This document shows, one piece after another, positions 62,498 through 64,000 of a DNA stretch of 64,000 bases. The notes under the pieces are model-generated. The model was not told the DNA's origin. It did no database searches and saw nothing but the letters and a program-made list of their open reading frames with translations. Source of the stretch: Squalus acanthias (lineage: Eukaryota); contig CM059432.1 in NCBI GenBank assembly GCA_030390025.1, forward strand, positions 81,780,001 to 81,844,000, given 5' to 3'. Both the position numbers and the translations under genes were made by a program. Positions within the stretch are counted from its first letter, which is position 1. Each line of letters begins with the position of its first letter.

Positions 62498-64000
62498 CAG
62501 GAGATTCAGTTGCTCGCAGGTCGCCTCAAAGCCAGCAATGCTGAAAATGAGCATCTGCACAATGATGCAACCTCCCCTTTAAGAGCTGGAAGGAACCAAT
62601 GTCAAGGATCATTGCTGAATGCATTGCACCTGAAATTCATCAGTGCTCTGCTGGTAGCGCCCCACTGAGCTCATTAGCGCTTGATTTAGCTCCCCACTTT
62701 CTTCCTGGGGCGCTAACACCCAATTTACTAGACGTTCAGAATCCTTATCACCTGGCGCTAAATTTTCAAATTTTCAAAAGTTAGCGCCCCAAACAGGGCA
62801 ATACCCAATTTCACCCCCCAAGTGTGGTCTAAGCAACATTTAATACAAGTTTAGCATAACTTCTCTACTTTTCAATTCTGTACCACTAGAAATAAACCCT
62901 AGTGCTTGGTTTGCTTTTGTTATGGACTTTTAGTGATTTGTGGATTTGTACTCCGAGATCCCTTTGCTTCTCTACCCCATTTACATTCTTATTTTCTAAA
63001 TAATATGTGACCTCCTTATTTTTCTTACCAAAATGCAATACCTCATACTTATCTATGTTGAAATTCATTTGCCAATTATATGCCTATTATGCAAGTTTAT
63101 CAATGTCTTCTTGTAATTTGTTGCAGTTCTCCTCAGTGCTGACTTTCCCTACCAATTTAGTGTCGTCCGCAAATTTAGAAATTGTTTTTGATTCCAATGT
63201 CTAAAACATTAATATAAATTGTGAACAACAGTGGTCCCAGCACTGATTCTTGTGGGACCCCATTTCCCACCTTCTGCCACTCTGAATAGCTATCCTTTAC
63301 CCCTACTCTCTGCTTTCTGTCTGCCAGCCAGCCAGCCAGCTATCCATTCTGCTACTTGTCTCCGACTCTGCATGCTCTGATTTTTGGAAATCTAGATATA
63401 TTACATCTACTACATTACCCTTGTCTACTCTATTGTCTATTTATCATAAACTTCCTTTTTCTGTTTCATTTTACTCTTTAGTCTTTAGTCTTCCAGGGAG
63501 GTCTAGCTTTGGGTGCCCTTCCTTTCCCCCTCGTGGGAATGTGTCTAGTCTGTACCCGAACTTTCTCCTCTCTGAAACCCTCCCATTGCTCATTTACTGT
63601 TTTACCTGCCAATTTTTGATTCCAATCCACCTGGGCCAGATCCCCTTTCACCTCACTGAAATTAGCCCTCCTCCAGTTGAGTATTTTCACATTTGATTTT
63701 TCCTTGTCCTTTTCCATAACTACTCTAAACCTAATGATATTGTGATCCCTGTTTCCCAAATGCTCTCCCACTGAAACATGCTCCAGTTACCCCACTTCCC
63801 TCCCCAGAACTAGATCCAACACTACTTCCTTCCTCATTGGTCTGGAAACATACTGATCAAGAAAGTTCTCTTGTACGCATTTCAGAAATTCCCCCCTCTC
63901 TTTGCCCTTTACACTGTTATTTCCACAGTCTATATTAGGATAATTGAAGACCCCATTATCACTACTCTAAAGTTCTTGCATCTTCAATTTGCCTGCAAAT

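Larger units (their letters stand above)
58815..62818. mobile_element. Full-length PIF/Harbinger DNA transposon (decayed autonomous copy)
   Basis: TIR gggctagaaattggg / cccaatttcaccccc; CAA TSD at 58812-58814 and 62819-62821; two convergent genes. Confidence 0.93.
58235..64000 (-). mobile_element. Fragmented CR1 LINE hosting the Harbinger transposon
   Basis: WSPYYKKDIEALEKVQKR, MNFNIDKYEVLHFG, GEHLGNRDHNIIRF; flanks rejoin as tactccaagtgtggtcta. Confidence 0.85.

Overview
Repeat-rich eukaryotic DNA from an intron or intergenic region. The mix of CR1 and L2 LINEs, Deu-domain SINEs, Penelope-like elements and abundant PIF/Harbinger derivatives suggests a cartilaginous fish such as a shark (inference). 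No intact host protein-coding gene is evident. Main contents: (1) a full-length, decayed two-gene Harbinger transposon at 58815-62818, with a DDE transposase on + and a 3-exon Myb/SANT gene on -; (2) about a dozen Harbinger-type non-autonomous elements, several with clear TIRs and 3-bp TSDs; (3) three Penelope-like insertions with 11-14 bp TSDs, each carrying a minimal hammerhead ribozyme motif (two intact, one decayed), one of them with an open RT-thumb/GIY-YIG ORF; (4) many nested CR1/L2/SINE fragments; (5) an isolated RBM4/LARK-like first-exon fragment with a CCAAT-rich upstream region at 5345-5670 (-), too short for the ORF track. Nothing here clearly amounts to a new biological system. 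Family names come from motif recognition, not database searches.
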